In this document: positions 22,069-32,024 of the stretch, in pieces
Numbering within the stretch: the stretch's first letter is position 1
Layout of the letters: every line of letters starts with the position of its first letter
Source of the DNA: a virus
Reading direction: 5' to 3' (one strand)
Length of the DNA: 64,000 nucleotides
Virus record (IMG/VR): IMGVR_UViG_3300005573_000058
Coordinates: 32,001-96,000 of that record
Made by a program: the position numbers and the translations under genes
Notes under the pieces: model-generated
What the model was told of the DNA's origin: nothing
Seen by the model: only the letters and a program-made list of their open reading frames with translations
Databases searched by the model: none

Positions 22069-23042
22069 ATAGCATTAACAGCATTATGCATCAATGATGC
22101 TTCTTCTCCTAAATAATTTCTAACACTTAATCCTGCAACTTGCATTGCTTGTAAAGCTGCTTGTCTTTCTGTAACAGCCTGTTGAGTTACAAAAGCAGAT
22201 TCTAGATAACCACCTACTTCTGTTCTTCTTATTTTATTTGCTATAGTATTAAGACCTCTACTTGCAGCTTCAACTGTACCAAAAACAGTATTTACAGCAA
22301 ATTTACTTACATCATAAACATTAAGAGCAGTAAGACCATATCCTACAAGCCTTGCAAAACCCATTAATGCAGGAAGGTATTTAGGTACCCCAATTTGAGT
22401 TACCTTTCCAATCTCTGTCTTTGCTGCTTTATAAAGTTTAAGTTCTTTTACAACTTTTTCCTTTGCTAACATTTCTTCTATTTTTCCTTTTTCAAAAAAC
22501 TTTCCACCAAATAAAATCGTTTTAATAGACGATGGTGCTTCTTTAGTTCCAAATATAAATTTATGTAACCAACTAGGTTGAAAAACTTCTTTACCCCCCT
22601 CTGTTATTTTTTTTCCTAATAACCATTCTGCTGTTGTTCTTAAAAATCCTCCTTCCGTTGTAACTTTACTAATTCTTTCAGCCAAACTTTGACTCAAAGA
22701 TGCTGCTACTCCTCCTGCTGCTTCAAATATTTGTCTACCACCAGGAATATACCATAAAAGACCACCAAACTGTAACGGCGCTTTTCCTGCTCCAAATCTT
22801 AACAGTCCTAATGTTTTCCAAGGCATTCTATAATACCAAAAAACAGAAGCAACAGGGTTTCTTAAACCCCAAGTCCAAAAACCTTTTTTGACACCAAAAA
22901 CATTACCAAAAACTCCTGTATTACCTTGAATAAATCTTCTATATCGTTCCCTAGCTAAATCAGGATCTGAAACTTTAACATCAGAAACTATTGTTGATGT
23001 AATTGAAGGAGGAGGTTCAAAAATATTTTTATCGTAAAACAT
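22065..23042 (-). CDS. Hypothetical, probably virion-internal protein
   Basis: Gly/aromatic-rich 325 aa; C-terminal A.TERQAALQAM...LGEEA motif. Confidence 0.5.
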   Translation of the reverse strand: MFYDKNIFEPPPSITSTIVSDVKVSDPDLARERYRRFIQGNTGVFGNVFGVKKGFWTWGLRNPVASVFWYYRMPWKTLGLLRFGAGKAPLQFGGLLWYIPGGRQIFEAAGGVAASLSQSLAERISKVTTEGGFLRTTAEWLLGKKITEGGKEVFQPSWLHKFIFGTKEAPSSIKTILFGGKFFEKGKIEEMLAKEKVVKELKLYKAAKTEIGKVTQIGVPKYLPALMGFARLVGYGLTALNVYDVSKFAVNTVFGTVEAASRGLNTIANKIRRTEVGGYLESAFVTQQAVTERQAALQAMQVAGLSVRNYLGEEASLMHNAVNAI

Positions 23043-23049
23043 CTATCTG

Positions 23050-23325
23050 TTATTTATTCAACCAACCGCGATGTCTTAAACTATATAATGAATTTGTCAA
23101 TCCTACGGTTGATCTAGTTAAAGGATTATAAGTAGAAGAATTAGTATATACAAAATAACCAACACCAGTTCCTGGAGAATTTTGTATCGTTAAAGGATTT
23201 GTTAATTTACGTCTTAACTCATCTTTCCTAATAATATTTTTAGCAGCAATACCTGCACCTAATAAAAACATAGCAGATATTCCAATTCCTCCTGCAAATT
23301 TAACCATCGATGGTGTTATTTTCAT
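23050..23325 (-). CDS. Small hypothetical protein with N-terminal hydrophobic helix
   Basis: 91 aa; GGAGGT RBS. Confidence 0.55.
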   Translation of the reverse strand: MKITPSMVKFAGGIGISAMFLLGAGIAAKNIIRKDELRRKLTNPLTIQNSPGTGVGYFVYTNSSTYNPLTRSTVGLTNSLYSLRHRGWLNK

Positions 23326-24344
23326 GCTACACCTCCAAGTCTATTCATATACATTTTAGCATTAAAAGCATAAGTTCCAAGATGTCCTTTTGAATAATCT
23401 GTTGAAATCAAACTATTAGATAATCTTGCTGTAGCATTTAAATTAACATTAACATCACTGCCATAGTAATTTAACATTGTATTAGCAACTATAGGGTTCA
23501 ACCCATCTACTACAGCATCATTTTTCATATATTGATTAATTTCTAATGCTTGTCCTTGCAATGCCAAAGCATCTTTACCTGAACCAAATGGAGTGTATCT
23601 TCTTCTCATTTCTTCTGTCATATATCCTCTATTTTGTTCCATATCAAAATAACCTCTATTCCTCTGAGGTATATTATCAACAGCATAATGACCTTCTATG
23701 GCATTAGATATTCTTCTAAATACCCATCTACCAATATAAAGAGCACCAAAAACTGCTACTGGAATAGCCCAAGTTGGTGATATAGGTATCTTGCCTAATG
23801 TTGTCTTTAATATTTCACCTATCGGCTTAACAAAATTTTTAGCTTTAGTAGCAATAGTTCCTAACATCTTTTGAACTTTTTGACTAGCAAAAATAGAGGT
23901 AGCTGTCGCTGCAACATCAGTTGCTCCTTCCACTGTCTTTTCTGTTGCCCTAACTGCCTCGGCTGTTTCAGTTGTTTTTGTTATTGTTTCCTTTTTACCT
24001 TTTACTCTTCCTTGTGAATCAACAACAAACTTTCTTTCGGTAATCTCTTCCAACAACTTCGCTCTTTTCTTTTCCCATTCTTCTGTACCCTCTTTCAATT
24101 CACCTACCCTTTCTGAAAAGGATTTTGTTGTTTCATAAGGTATTTTCTTCTCTACATTTCTAGCAGTAATTGTAGCTTCTCTAAATGAATTTCTTTTTAA
24201 AACAGAACTAACTTCTTCTTCTACTCTTTTAACCCTTTCCATCATTCTTGCATAATTTAATTCAAATTTAAGTAAAAATATCTTATTTCTATACTCATTT
24301 CTATACTCAGGAATCCTAGAACGTAAAAGATTAATTTTTACCAT
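23322..24344 (-). CDS. Hypothetical protein with one hydrophobic segment
   Basis: 340-aa ORF with overlapping start and stop codons in the operon. Confidence 0.55.
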   Translation of the reverse strand: MVKINLLRSRIPEYRNEYRNKIFLLKFELNYARMMERVKRVEEEVSSVLKRNSFREATITARNVEKKIPYETTKSFSERVGELKEGTEEWEKKRAKLLEEITERKFVVDSQGRVKGKKETITKTTETAEAVRATEKTVEGATDVAATATSIFASQKVQKMLGTIATKAKNFVKPIGEILKTTLGKIPISPTWAIPVAVFGALYIGRWVFRRISNAIEGHYAVDNIPQRNRGYFDMEQNRGYMTEEMRRRYTPFGSGKDALALQGQALEINQYMKNDAVVDGLNPIVANTMLNYYGSDVNVNLNATARLSNSLISTDYSKGHLGTYAFNAKMYMNRLGGVA

Positions 24345-24346
24345 AA

Positions 24347-25519
24347 TTAATTATCAATATTACTGGAATATGGTCTATATGAAAAATTTAATAGTTCTAA
24401 ATATTTTTTATCAACAGTCGATATAAATTCATCTATTTTTAATCTTAATTTATCATCTGTTATCTTATGTTCATCATAGAAGAAACCAACCTCTACAATA
24501 TCATTTACAATATCAAGATAAAATCTTTTATCATCCAATAATTCTAAAAACTTAGATGTTGATTTACCTGCTATTCTACCATTCAAACTGTTGTTATTTA
24601 TAAATATAACAAAATTTCTTATTATATTCTGTATATTTTCATCTGAACATAACTCAACAACAGTATCTATAATACCATTCTGATATTCAAAAAATGTAGA
24701 ACTTAAAAATGATTTAAACATATTTATAGATTCTGCTTCTTTATTATTTTTGTTATTTTTTACAACATTCATAACAACGTTACTATCATCCTGTAGTATA
24801 GATTTTGCTTCTGTTTTATTTAGCTTTTCTAATAATTGCTTCCTTTCATCTTGTGCTTCTTTAGAATATGTTAACATCGTTTCTTCATCATTATATTCTA
24901 CTGAAATTAAATCTTTAGATTTACTAACAATTTCTGCTAATGCAGAAAGAGGATCTTTAACATCTTTCATTTTCTCTACAACTTTTGCTCTTCTTGTAGC
25001 AATAAATTCATTTAAGATCTTTATTTTTCTATCTTGTAATCTTAACTTAAGATCAATAACAGGATTTATTACTTCATCATATTCTACAGACTTAGTAACT
25101 GGGTTGACAGTTTTAGGTATACGTTTTATTAAATTTTCTTCAAGAGATGGACCTACTGTTCTCCATATATCTAACAATTGTATTTCAACAAGATCATTAA
25201 TAAGCATTTCTTCTGCTTTCGTTTGTGGTTGTATATCAATATCAGATAATAATGATTCTCTAATCTTCATTATCAATATTGCTTCAATCGGACAGTATTT
25301 ACCTTTAACTTTTTCTATTTCCTCATCGTTATTGTATATAGGACAGTAAGCTTTATTTTCACATGCATCTGCCAAGCAAATCTTAGGAAGAACTTTTGCA
25401 GATATCATGTGTTCAACCATATTATTGATATTATTTACAAGATCAGTATTAAAATATACACCAGATATTAATTCTAAATTATATTTATCTTTTATATTAA
25501 TATCCTGGGACATCGACAT
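24347..25519 (-). CDS. Cys-cluster protein, candidate terminase small subunit
   Basis: C..AC....YCP...G.YCPIE followed by helical region with NPVIDLKLRL..RK; upstream of terL. The TerS call is positional. Confidence 0.4.
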   Translation of the reverse strand: MSMSQDINIKDKYNLELISGVYFNTDLVNNINNMVEHMISAKVLPKICLADACENKAYCPIYNNDEEIEKVKGKYCPIEAILIMKIRESLLSDIDIQPQTKAEEMLINDLVEIQLLDIWRTVGPSLEENLIKRIPKTVNPVTKSVEYDEVINPVIDLKLRLQDRKIKILNEFIATRRAKVVEKMKDVKDPLSALAEIVSKSKDLISVEYNDEETMLTYSKEAQDERKQLLEKLNKTEAKSILQDDSNVVMNVVKNNKNNKEAESINMFKSFLSSTFFEYQNGIIDTVVELCSDENIQNIIRNFVIFINNNSLNGRIAGKSTSKFLELLDDKRFYLDIVNDIVEVGFFYDEHKITDDKLRLKIDEFISTVDKKYLELLNFSYRPYSSNIDN

Positions 25520-26210
25520 CCTCTTTTTTATAATAGCGTTTGTATTTCATTCCATCAATAATAAGATCATATGATTTAAATGAGAGAAAGTTTAAATTTA
25601 TACTATTATAAAAGTCTTTATCAGATTTTAATAAATCAATATGTAACAAGTCTACTACATCTTTTCTAAGTTGAGATATACTAAGACCTGATGGACAACT
25701 TTTTCTACGTAATTTAATACCATCTTTAACATACCATCCAGTAGTTTCCAAATTTCTATGACCAAAGATAGTAAAAAATGGATTTAGAGAAAACTCAACA
25801 CATAACATAGCAACATAATATACAAGTGCTCTATATGTATCAGGTTTCAAATTCTCTATATTTTTATAATCTAAACATATATTATATGAACATTTATTCC
25901 ATGGTCCAACAGCATATACAATATCTTCTGGAAATGCTGTTTCATATATAACAGTTTTACGAGCTGTTTTTTCGATATAAGAATGATAACATATAGAAGG
26001 ACAACCTTCAGCACATACATGACAACCTGGCGATGTATGATACTTTGCTATTTTATAAACATCTGCTTCATCTTGGTTATCATCATCTGCTGAATTATGA
26101 ATAACTATCATGGTAATGTCATCTTTAGAACGTTTTTTAATTTTTTCTTCTTTACGAGGAAGTTCAGCTATTATATTTTTTACATTTTTTCTAAAATCTA
26201 GTATATTCAT
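25497..26210 (-). CDS. N-acetylmuramoyl-L-alanine amidase (Amidase_2 endolysin)
   Basis: IVIHNSA, I..YH, ICYHSYI, IFGHR, KSCPS zinc-amidase motifs. Confidence 0.8.
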   Translation of the reverse strand: MNILDFRKNVKNIIAELPRKEEKIKKRSKDDITMIVIHNSADDDNQDEADVYKIAKYHTSPGCHVCAEGCPSICYHSYIEKTARKTVIYETAFPEDIVYAVGPWNKCSYNICLDYKNIENLKPDTYRALVYYVAMLCVEFSLNPFFTIFGHRNLETTGWYVKDGIKLRRKSCPSGLSISQLRKDVVDLLHIDLLKSDKDFYNSINLNFLSFKSYDLIIDGMKYKRYYKKEDVDVPGY

Positions 26211-26220
26211 ATTAACCTAC

Positions 26221-26406
26221 CTAACAAGCTGCAGGAGGTTCTTCTTCTATATCTTCTGTTCTTTCATCTAAATCAATAGGACATTTATCTATTAATTTAA
26301 TTAACTTCTCTTTAATCAACATAACAACTTGAATATCTGATACTCTAATCTGAGCGGTATCAAGTAATAACAATATAGCCTTAACATCTTCTTTATTTAA
26401 CCTCAT
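26221..26406 (-). CDS. Small hypothetical protein in the lysis region
   Basis: 61 aa with AAGGAGG RBS. Confidence 0.5.
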   Translation of the reverse strand: MRLNKEDVKAILLLLDTAQIRVSDIQVVMLIKEKLIKLIDKCPIDLDERTEDIEEEPPAAC

Positions 26407-26408
26407 TA

Positions 26409-26681
26409 TTATTTTCCTCCTTCTTTTCCATTTTCCTGTTTATTATTACCATTATTTTTCATAAAAATAAAATCCTGTGTTACATTCAATCCCATAAATA
26501 CCCCTGCTATTACAAAAATGTATGGAGTTATATATTTTAGAAAATCTAAAATCAATTCATTTTTACTAATCAAAAAGAACCATAGAACAGGAGTATAAAT
26601 CCAGAATACAAAAAGCATCAGTGTGAAAAATTTTCTACCCCATTTCTTGATAAAATCAGAATACATAATTATCTCCACCAC
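26409..26681 (-). CDS. Holin-like membrane protein
   Basis: GRKFF..ML then two transmembrane helices and a charged tail; near the amidase. Confidence 0.5.
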   Translation of the reverse strand: MVEIIMYSDFIKKWGRKFFTLMLFVFWIYTPVLWFFLISKNELILDFLKYITPYIFVIAGVFMGLNVTQDFIFMKNNGNNKQENGKEGGK

Positions 26682-27049
26682 ATATTAAATAACACAATTA
26701 ACGTTCCTAATATCAACAGTCCATACACCATGCCAAAAAAATCATGCTTAAGATCATCCCATGAAAAACCAGTTTTTCTTACGAATCTATCAAACATTTC
26801 TTTCATAAGACCTACAACAAAAGTAAGTAAAAATGCAAACTTAAATGACAGCTCAACACCAAGTTTAAAAATTGGTACATAATAAAGAACAAAAAATAGA
26901 ACAAAGAATAAAATAAAACTCACTAAAACATGTAAAAACTGATCAACTCTTGCACTACGTAATGCTCTAATCTCTTGTTTCATATAATTTACAACAAAAA
27001 ACAAAATTATAAATGTTGCTACGATTCTAAATAAAATATCTGTTAACAT
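26669..27049 (-). CDS. Membrane protein, VanZ/YfiM-like
   Basis: DQFLH...KEMFD...SWDDL..D..G motif with several transmembrane helices. Confidence 0.5.
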   Translation of the reverse strand: MLTDILFRIVATFIILFFVVNYMKQEIRALRSARVDQFLHVLVSFILFFVLFFVLYYVPIFKLGVELSFKFAFLLTFVVGLMKEMFDRFVRKTGFSWDDLKHDFFGMVYGLLILGTLIVLFNMWWR

Positions 27050-27072
27050 AATAACCTCCTTCTTTATTAATG

Positions 27073-27534
27073 TTATTTACTTTCACTTGACATTCCATGA
27101 TATATCGATATTGTACCCTTCTTATTATTGCTATAAACAACAGCTTCAATATAAAGAACAAGACTAAAAGGCATACCTAATTCATCTAATGATATAAGAG
27201 TATAACCATTTTTAAATGTATACGTATTAAATTCTTTTAACTTATTTAAAACATAAGTTGAATCAAGAGCAGTAGTATAAGATGATTTAAAAATACACTT
27301 AACACTGTCAATAGTATCATTTACAACGACAGCAATAGAATGAAACTGATAAAGTTCATAATCTGTAATAGGACCAAATAAAACAGTATCATTTGAATTT
27401 ACACTATAATTACTACATATTTGATCAACTTTCCATGATGTTGATACTGGCGTTTTCCAATTAGATAAATAATTTTTTTGAATATTTTTTGAATACTTTG
27501 TTGTATTACATAAAAGAAACAATAAATATAACAT
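27073..27534 (-). CDS. Putative exported/structural protein
   Basis: Short hydrophobic N-terminus MLYLLFLLC; beta-rich body; GGAGGT RBS. Confidence 0.55.
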   Translation of the reverse strand: MLYLLFLLCNTTKYSKNIQKNYLSNWKTPVSTSWKVDQICSNYSVNSNDTVLFGPITDYELYQFHSIAVVVNDTIDSVKCIFKSSYTTALDSTYVLNKLKEFNTYTFKNGYTLISLDELGMPFSLVLYIEAVVYSNNKKGTISIYHGMSSESK

Positions 27535-27548
27535 TTATACCTCCATCA

Positions 27549-28115
27549 TTAATATTTTTTCTTCATAAGAATATAATTTACTCTACCTGTATATACAAGA
27601 GCCGTTGTAACTACCACACTATCAGTCTTTGTATATCCACCTACTGCAATAGGTGTTTCGCTTGCACAAGAGACAACAACAATCCAGGAAGTATCAACTC
27701 CTGCTAAATATCTTGCTTTTCTCGTTTCTGCATTGAAATACATCGTATCACAAAGGTATGAGGAACCACCAATTTGTCCCATTTTTGAAACACTAAAATG
27801 ATAAGAACCAGCTGTATCTCCAACCACAAGAGAACTTTTGCAAAATAAAGTATCCCAAACACATAATTTTGTAAAAGCGTGTATAATACTTCCAATTTGT
27901 AGATAACCATCTTTTATATACACCACATCTCCCCAAGAAGGATTAGTAGGATTATATTTAAGGATAAGTGAATTGTTGTAAACATATTTAAATTGTAAAG
28001 TGTCAACATAAAAACTATCGTTCAAAGATGAAGAATGTATATCTATTTTGTCCTGCACATAATCACTATTGATACTACGACTAGCCCACGAAAAAATAAA
28101 TAACAAATAAATCAT
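27549..28115 (-). CDS. Putative exported/structural protein
   Basis: Short hydrophobic N-terminus MIYLLFIFS; beta-rich body; AGGAGGT RBS. Confidence 0.55.
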   Translation of the reverse strand: MIYLLFIFSWASRSINSDYVQDKIDIHSSSLNDSFYVDTLQFKYVYNNSLILKYNPTNPSWGDVVYIKDGYLQIGSIIHAFTKLCVWDTLFCKSSLVVGDTAGSYHFSVSKMGQIGGSSYLCDTMYFNAETRKARYLAGVDTSWIVVVSCASETPIAVGGYTKTDSVVVTTALVYTGRVNYILMKKKY

Positions 28116-28142
28116 AATTTATACCTCCTACTATTTATTATA

Positions 28143-28219
28143 CAGAACCCCCCACCCACACCAGGTGGTCCTGATGCTTGTCTTGTTGTATACAACAAGA
28201 TGATATGGTAGAGGTTCTG
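28143..28219 (-). ncRNA. Predicted three-way-junction RNA element
   Basis: Minus strand: outer stem CAGAACCTCTACC/GGTGGGGGGTTCTG (G-U pairs possible only on this strand) enclosing TCTTGTTG-TATA-CAACAAGA and GCATCAGG-ACCA-CCTGGTGT. Confidence 0.45.
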
Positions 28220-28699
28220 TCATTGTTTTTTACTATCGTCATAAATTATTGTTCCAACAAGCTTGTAAAAAAATTTATTCCAAAAATCAATATCACCAAT
28301 ATTATCTTTAAAAGTAACAACGCCATACACAAGTCCATACCTCTTCGCTAGTTCTTTTTTAAATTTATCTCTCTTTATCTGTTCAATAAAATTATTCTGA
28401 TTTATAAAAAATGTCTTTGTATTAACAAAATGTTGCATACCATGTACCTCAATAACTAGATTATACTTAGGAATGAAAAAATCATATCTAATGTTTATAC
28501 CATTATCAACAAAGTCTTTGAACATAACTTCTTCATAAACTTCATTTCTACCACCTACTAATCTTCTCAATATTGTACCAACAGCTCTTTGTAATCTACT
28601 ATGTTCTTTTATAGCTTCTTTGTCACAGTAAAATTTATATATACCGTATTCATGATAACTATTATTTAGATCGTTTTTATCATTTCTTTTTCTTGTCAT
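28220..28699 (-). CDS. PD-(D/E)xK (DUF559/Vsr-like) endonuclease
   Basis: EEV.F...RYDFFIPKYNLVIEVHGMQHF...RD..K. Start moved to the ATG at 28699, just after an extended -10. Confidence 0.7.
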   Translation of the reverse strand: MTRKRNDKNDLNNSYHEYGIYKFYCDKEAIKEHSRLQRAVGTILRRLVGGRNEVYEEVMFKDFVDNGINIRYDFFIPKYNLVIEVHGMQHFVNTKTFFINQNNFIEQIKRDKFKKELAKRYGLVYGVVTFKDNIGDIDFWNKFFYKLVGTIIYDDSKKQ

Positions 28700-29372
28700 C
28701 ACATGTATTATAGCACAAAACTGCATCATCTTTATGCATGTTAAAATAATTTTCTATTCTATATTCTATCTCTTTAACTTTATAGTAATAATCATAGTTT
28801 TCTTTGTAATATCTACCTGCATAATATCTTGCTATACCATCTTTTTCGCCATATCTGCTAATTAAATATTTTAAATGTTTACACCCTGTTCTAATATTAA
28901 GTTCTATATCAAATAACTGTTGTTCATTTAACTGCTCATCATGATATAACTGAGCTGTTGTATACATCAATTGCATAAGTCCTCTTGCGCCACAAGATGA
29001 AACTGCTGTCATATCAAAATCTGATTCAACTTGTATAACAGCTATAACAAGAGATGTATTTAGATCATATTCTTTAGATATGTTATAACATAACACAACG
29101 ATATTAGATATATAATCATATGAATAAAAACTGTATTCAGATTTTATATAATTAGCATATAATATCATGTTTATAAGATCAGATTTTGATACATATAGAT
29201 CAGAATTAAGATCGTTTATACTAACAGACCTATTTAACATTCTAACGTCTTCTTTTAGTTCATTAAATTGAACAACAATTTTAACAAGTAAAAATAAATT
29301 TAAAAATAACAAAATATATATTAAAATTTTATTAATTTTACTAAATTTTGTGTTTTCTTTTCTCATATGCAT
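28680..29372 (-). CDS. Membrane-anchored lytic transglycosylase (SLT domain)
   Basis: N-terminal TM helix; AVIQVESDF, AVS..GARGLMQLM..TA, NIRTGCKHL, YYAG. Confidence 0.85.
   Translation of the reverse strand: MHMRKENTKFSKINKILIYILLFLNLFLLVKIVVQFNELKEDVRMLNRSVSINDLNSDLYVSKSDLINMILYANYIKSEYSFYSYDYISNIVVLCYNISKEYDLNTSLVIAVIQVESDFDMTAVSSCGARGLMQLMYTTAQLYHDEQLNEQQLFDIELNIRTGCKHLKYLISRYGEKDGIARYYAGRYYKENYDYYYKVKEIEYRIENYFNMHKDDAVLCYNTCDDKKKK
28707..28715 (-). promoter_or_regulatory. Extended -10 promoter (TGCTATAAT), leaderless
   Basis: TGCTATAATACATGTGATG, nearly identical to the element in front of the tape measure gene. Confidence 0.55.
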
Positions 29373-29535
29373 ACCTCGCCCTTAAAGATTTAATTGCATT
29401 TTTCTTTGCCAACGATGTACCAACAACTTTACCTGTATCTTTCCTGACTATTTTCCACTTTCTTTTACCTCTGTCTTTTTTAATAACCCATGGCGGAGGA
29501 GATGATGAAGGAGGAGAAGAAGGAGGAGGAGTCAT
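29341..29535 (-). CDS. Small basic hypothetical protein
   Basis: 64 aa, PW.I.K...KWKIV..DTGKVVG...K..A. Confidence 0.5.
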   Translation of the reverse strand: MTPPPSSPPSSSPPPWVIKKDRGKRKWKIVRKDTGKVVGTSLAKKNAIKSLRARYAYEKRKHKI

Positions 29536-29664
29536 TACTTCCTCCCCCTCTTTTTGGACGAGCCTTTCTTTGTCATAGGTTTTCCCTTTGCTATAATTTT
29601 TATCTTAGACACTATAACCTCCTTTGTTAATGTCACAAAAACATTATAGCACTCATTATATACA

Positions 29665-29693
29665 TATATAACAATATTTTTAAAATTTGTCAA
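29665..29693 (-). promoter_or_regulatory. Sigma70-type promoter at the head of the structural/lysis arm
   Basis: TTGACA-17 nt-TATATA with TG extension; a second TGCTATAAT at 29643-29651. Confidence 0.6.
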
Positions 29694-29834
29694 GTACTTT
29701 TTTAAAATATTTTCATTTTTTTAAAATAATGAAACAATGGAAGGGAGGGGGGTGGCGGCGTAAATATAGTTATAACATTTTTACAGATAGGGGGGAGGGA
29801 TGGTATATAAAACAGATATAAGATCAAAAAAACT

Positions 29835-30360
29835 TCTATAACAACTGTTGTATACAACTGTTATAATAACTGTTACTACAACTGTTGTATACAACTGTTA
29901 TAACAACTGTTCTATATATATTACAGTTCTTATCATTGTTATGTTGTAATAACTGTTACAATAGTTACATATATATGCTTACGCATATATGTTCAACAAT
30001 GATAAGAACTGTAATATGTAACTGTTATAACAACTGTTCTTATAACTGTTATTACAACTGTTACTACAACTGTTATATAACGATCTTATAATGATCATAT
30101 ATACAACAGCTCTTTATTACTGTAACTGTTACATATATCGCTTACGCTACTGTTGAACAGTAATAAGAACTGTTGCATAGCAGTATATATTGTTGTATAT
30201 AGAACAAATGTAACATTTTATGTTACATTTGTTCTATAGATCATATAATAGATCATATATATAACGTTCTTATAACTGCATATATAGCTATTATATAGTA
30301 TATATATAATATACATAATATATAACTGTTACTATAACTGTTCATGTAACTGTTATATAA
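29835..30360. repeat. Non-coding field of degenerate 12-13 bp repeats (core AACTGTT)
   Basis: e.g. acaactgttgtat-acaactgttata-ataactgttact-acaactgttgtat; many further copies. Confidence 0.75.
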
Positions 30361-30432
30361 CAAAAAAGATTTAAAATTTTTATAATAATTATAAACAGAT
30401 AATTATGACTTAAATAAAATTCCTATACCTGC

Positions 30433-30981
30433 TCAATTTTGATTAACATCTTTTATTATTTCCTGAAAATTAAAATTGTTTTTAATTTCGTTCCAAAATC
30501 TTTCTACTTCGCATTTCTTTTCAGGTGGATGTTTAACGATATCATGAAAAGCAATAATTCCTCCTTTTCTTACCAGTGGCGAATACATTTCAAAATCTTT
30601 TTTAACTCCTTCATATGAATGATTACCATCTATAAAAAGAAAATCTACTTCTCTTCCATCAAGAATTTTAATTACTTTTTCTTTTGTTACATTAGAAGCT
30701 GAGTTACCTATGACAAGATTAAAAGAACTACCAAATCTATCTGATAAGTAAGATGTCTTTTTTACTACCGCTTGCTCTATATCTACCCCAATATATGTTC
30801 CTCCAGTTTCTTTTAAAATAGAAAGCCAGAAAAATGCTGTTCCTCCACTTTCCACCCCAATTTCAAGAACTGTTTTAAGTGGTTTTAATTCACATACTTT
30901 ATCAAACAAAAGATGAAGTTCTTCTTCAACTTGACATGGTGGAACTACTTTTAATTTTAAAGTTTCAGTAAAAGAAATCAT
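30433..30981 (-). CDS. Class I SAM-dependent methyltransferase (Methyltransf_24-like), ending at a premature-looking TGA
   Basis: VLEIGVESGGT, DFLFIDGNHSYEGVKKDF..Y..LVRKGGIIAFHD; the frame continues *AGIGILFKS* to 30403. Confidence 0.8.
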   Translation of the reverse strand: MISFTETLKLKVVPPCQVEEELHLLFDKVCELKPLKTVLEIGVESGGTAFFWLSILKETGGTYIGVDIEQAVVKKTSYLSDRFGSSFNLVIGNSASNVTKEKVIKILDGREVDFLFIDGNHSYEGVKKDFEMYSPLVRKGGIIAFHDIVKHPPEKKCEVERFWNEIKNNFNFQEIIKDVNQN

Positions 30982-31005
30982 TATAACCTCACGATTTTTA
31001 ATATA

Positions 31006-31803
31006 TTATTTGTTGAATGGTTTATTAAATGTTTCATTGCCAGGCATCCCACCCCATTTACTTATATAATATCTTCTTAAACTTTCAAACACAGGAGATG
31101 AACATACAACATTGTTTTTGATACTTTCTTTCTGTGTTCTACTGCCATAATGATAGTATAAAGCATTCATAACTCTTACAAATTTATACCCACCTATCTT
31201 TATTCTATAATCATAATCTTTATCTTCGAAATAAGCAGGATAGAAATTAGTATCAAACATGCCAACCTTCTCAATAATATCAGGCTCAACAAGAAAAGCA
31301 CTGTAATCATTTATTCTACTACTAGGTCTAAATCTTATATCAGTATTTAAACTAAAGATATCTTCTGGCCTGGCTAATATGTTGTCATTCTTACAAATAG
31401 ATACAGCAAATGCAACTATAACTTTATCATCTTGTTCTTTTGCTCTATTATACTGCTCTATCAGATTATTGATACATTCAGGATGAAATAAAACGTCATT
31501 GTTTATGATGAATACATAATCATAATTATGTTCTTTTGCATACAACAGTCCACTGTTCCAACTTCTTGCCACGCCAATATTACAAAAGTTAAATATAACA
31601 TCTATTTTATCTTTATTTTGTTCAGCATATTCTTTTAATAAATTTCTGTTTACATTATCTGAATTGTTATCAATGATCAATATCTTATAATCATATAATT
31701 GCTCATTTACTTTAATACTGTTCAAACAAAGTAGTGTATATTCTTTAAATAGATTAAGCACAGGTATAACAATTAGAAGTCTTTTTCTATCGTTTCTTAT
31801 CAT
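31006..31803 (-). CDS. Glycosyltransferase family 2
   Basis: IVIPVLN, IIDNNSD, NIGVARSWNSG, IINNDV, VGMFDTNF...YFEDKDY..R, YHYGS. Confidence 0.88.
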   Translation of the reverse strand: MIRNDRKRLLIVIPVLNLFKEYTLLCLNSIKVNEQLYDYKILIIDNNSDNVNRNLLKEYAEQNKDKIDVIFNFCNIGVARSWNSGLLYAKEHNYDYVFIINNDVLFHPECINNLIEQYNRAKEQDDKVIVAFAVSICKNDNILARPEDIFSLNTDIRFRPSSRINDYSAFLVEPDIIEKVGMFDTNFYPAYFEDKDYDYRIKIGGYKFVRVMNALYYHYGSRTQKESIKNNVVCSSPVFESLRRYYISKWGGMPGNETFNKPFNK

Positions 31804-32024
31804 TTACTATTTGTTTTTGAATTGTTGTTAGACTTTTTATAATCTGTCTCATAAAAGCCACCCCCTCTAAACAACAAATTAACAGAACTATACACACGTC
31901 TTATATCATGTGAATGACAGTAATGACATGTAACAGTAGATTCATCATAGTTCATCTCTAGATATTCAGTAAAAGTCTTGTTACATTTATTACATTTAAA
32001 TTCGTAGAATGGCGGCGGCGACAT
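31800..32024 (-). CDS. FmdB-family zinc-ribbon protein
   Basis: P.YEFKCNKC...F...CHYC.S...RVYS...F.GGGFYETDYK. Confidence 0.75.
   Translation of the reverse strand: MSPPPFYEFKCNKCNKTFTEYLEMNYDESTVTCHYCHSHDIRRVYSSVNLLFRGGGFYETDYKKSNNNSKTNSK

Noticed and set aside
28170-28210. Hammerhead ribozyme on the plus strand (CTGATG...)
   Set aside because: Core reads CTGATGC and the GAAA is missing; stems pair better on the minus strand.
30433-30435. Stop-codon reassignment in this phage
   Set aside because: TGA, TAG and TAA all end genes at tight overlaps, and long genes are uninterrupted in the standard code.
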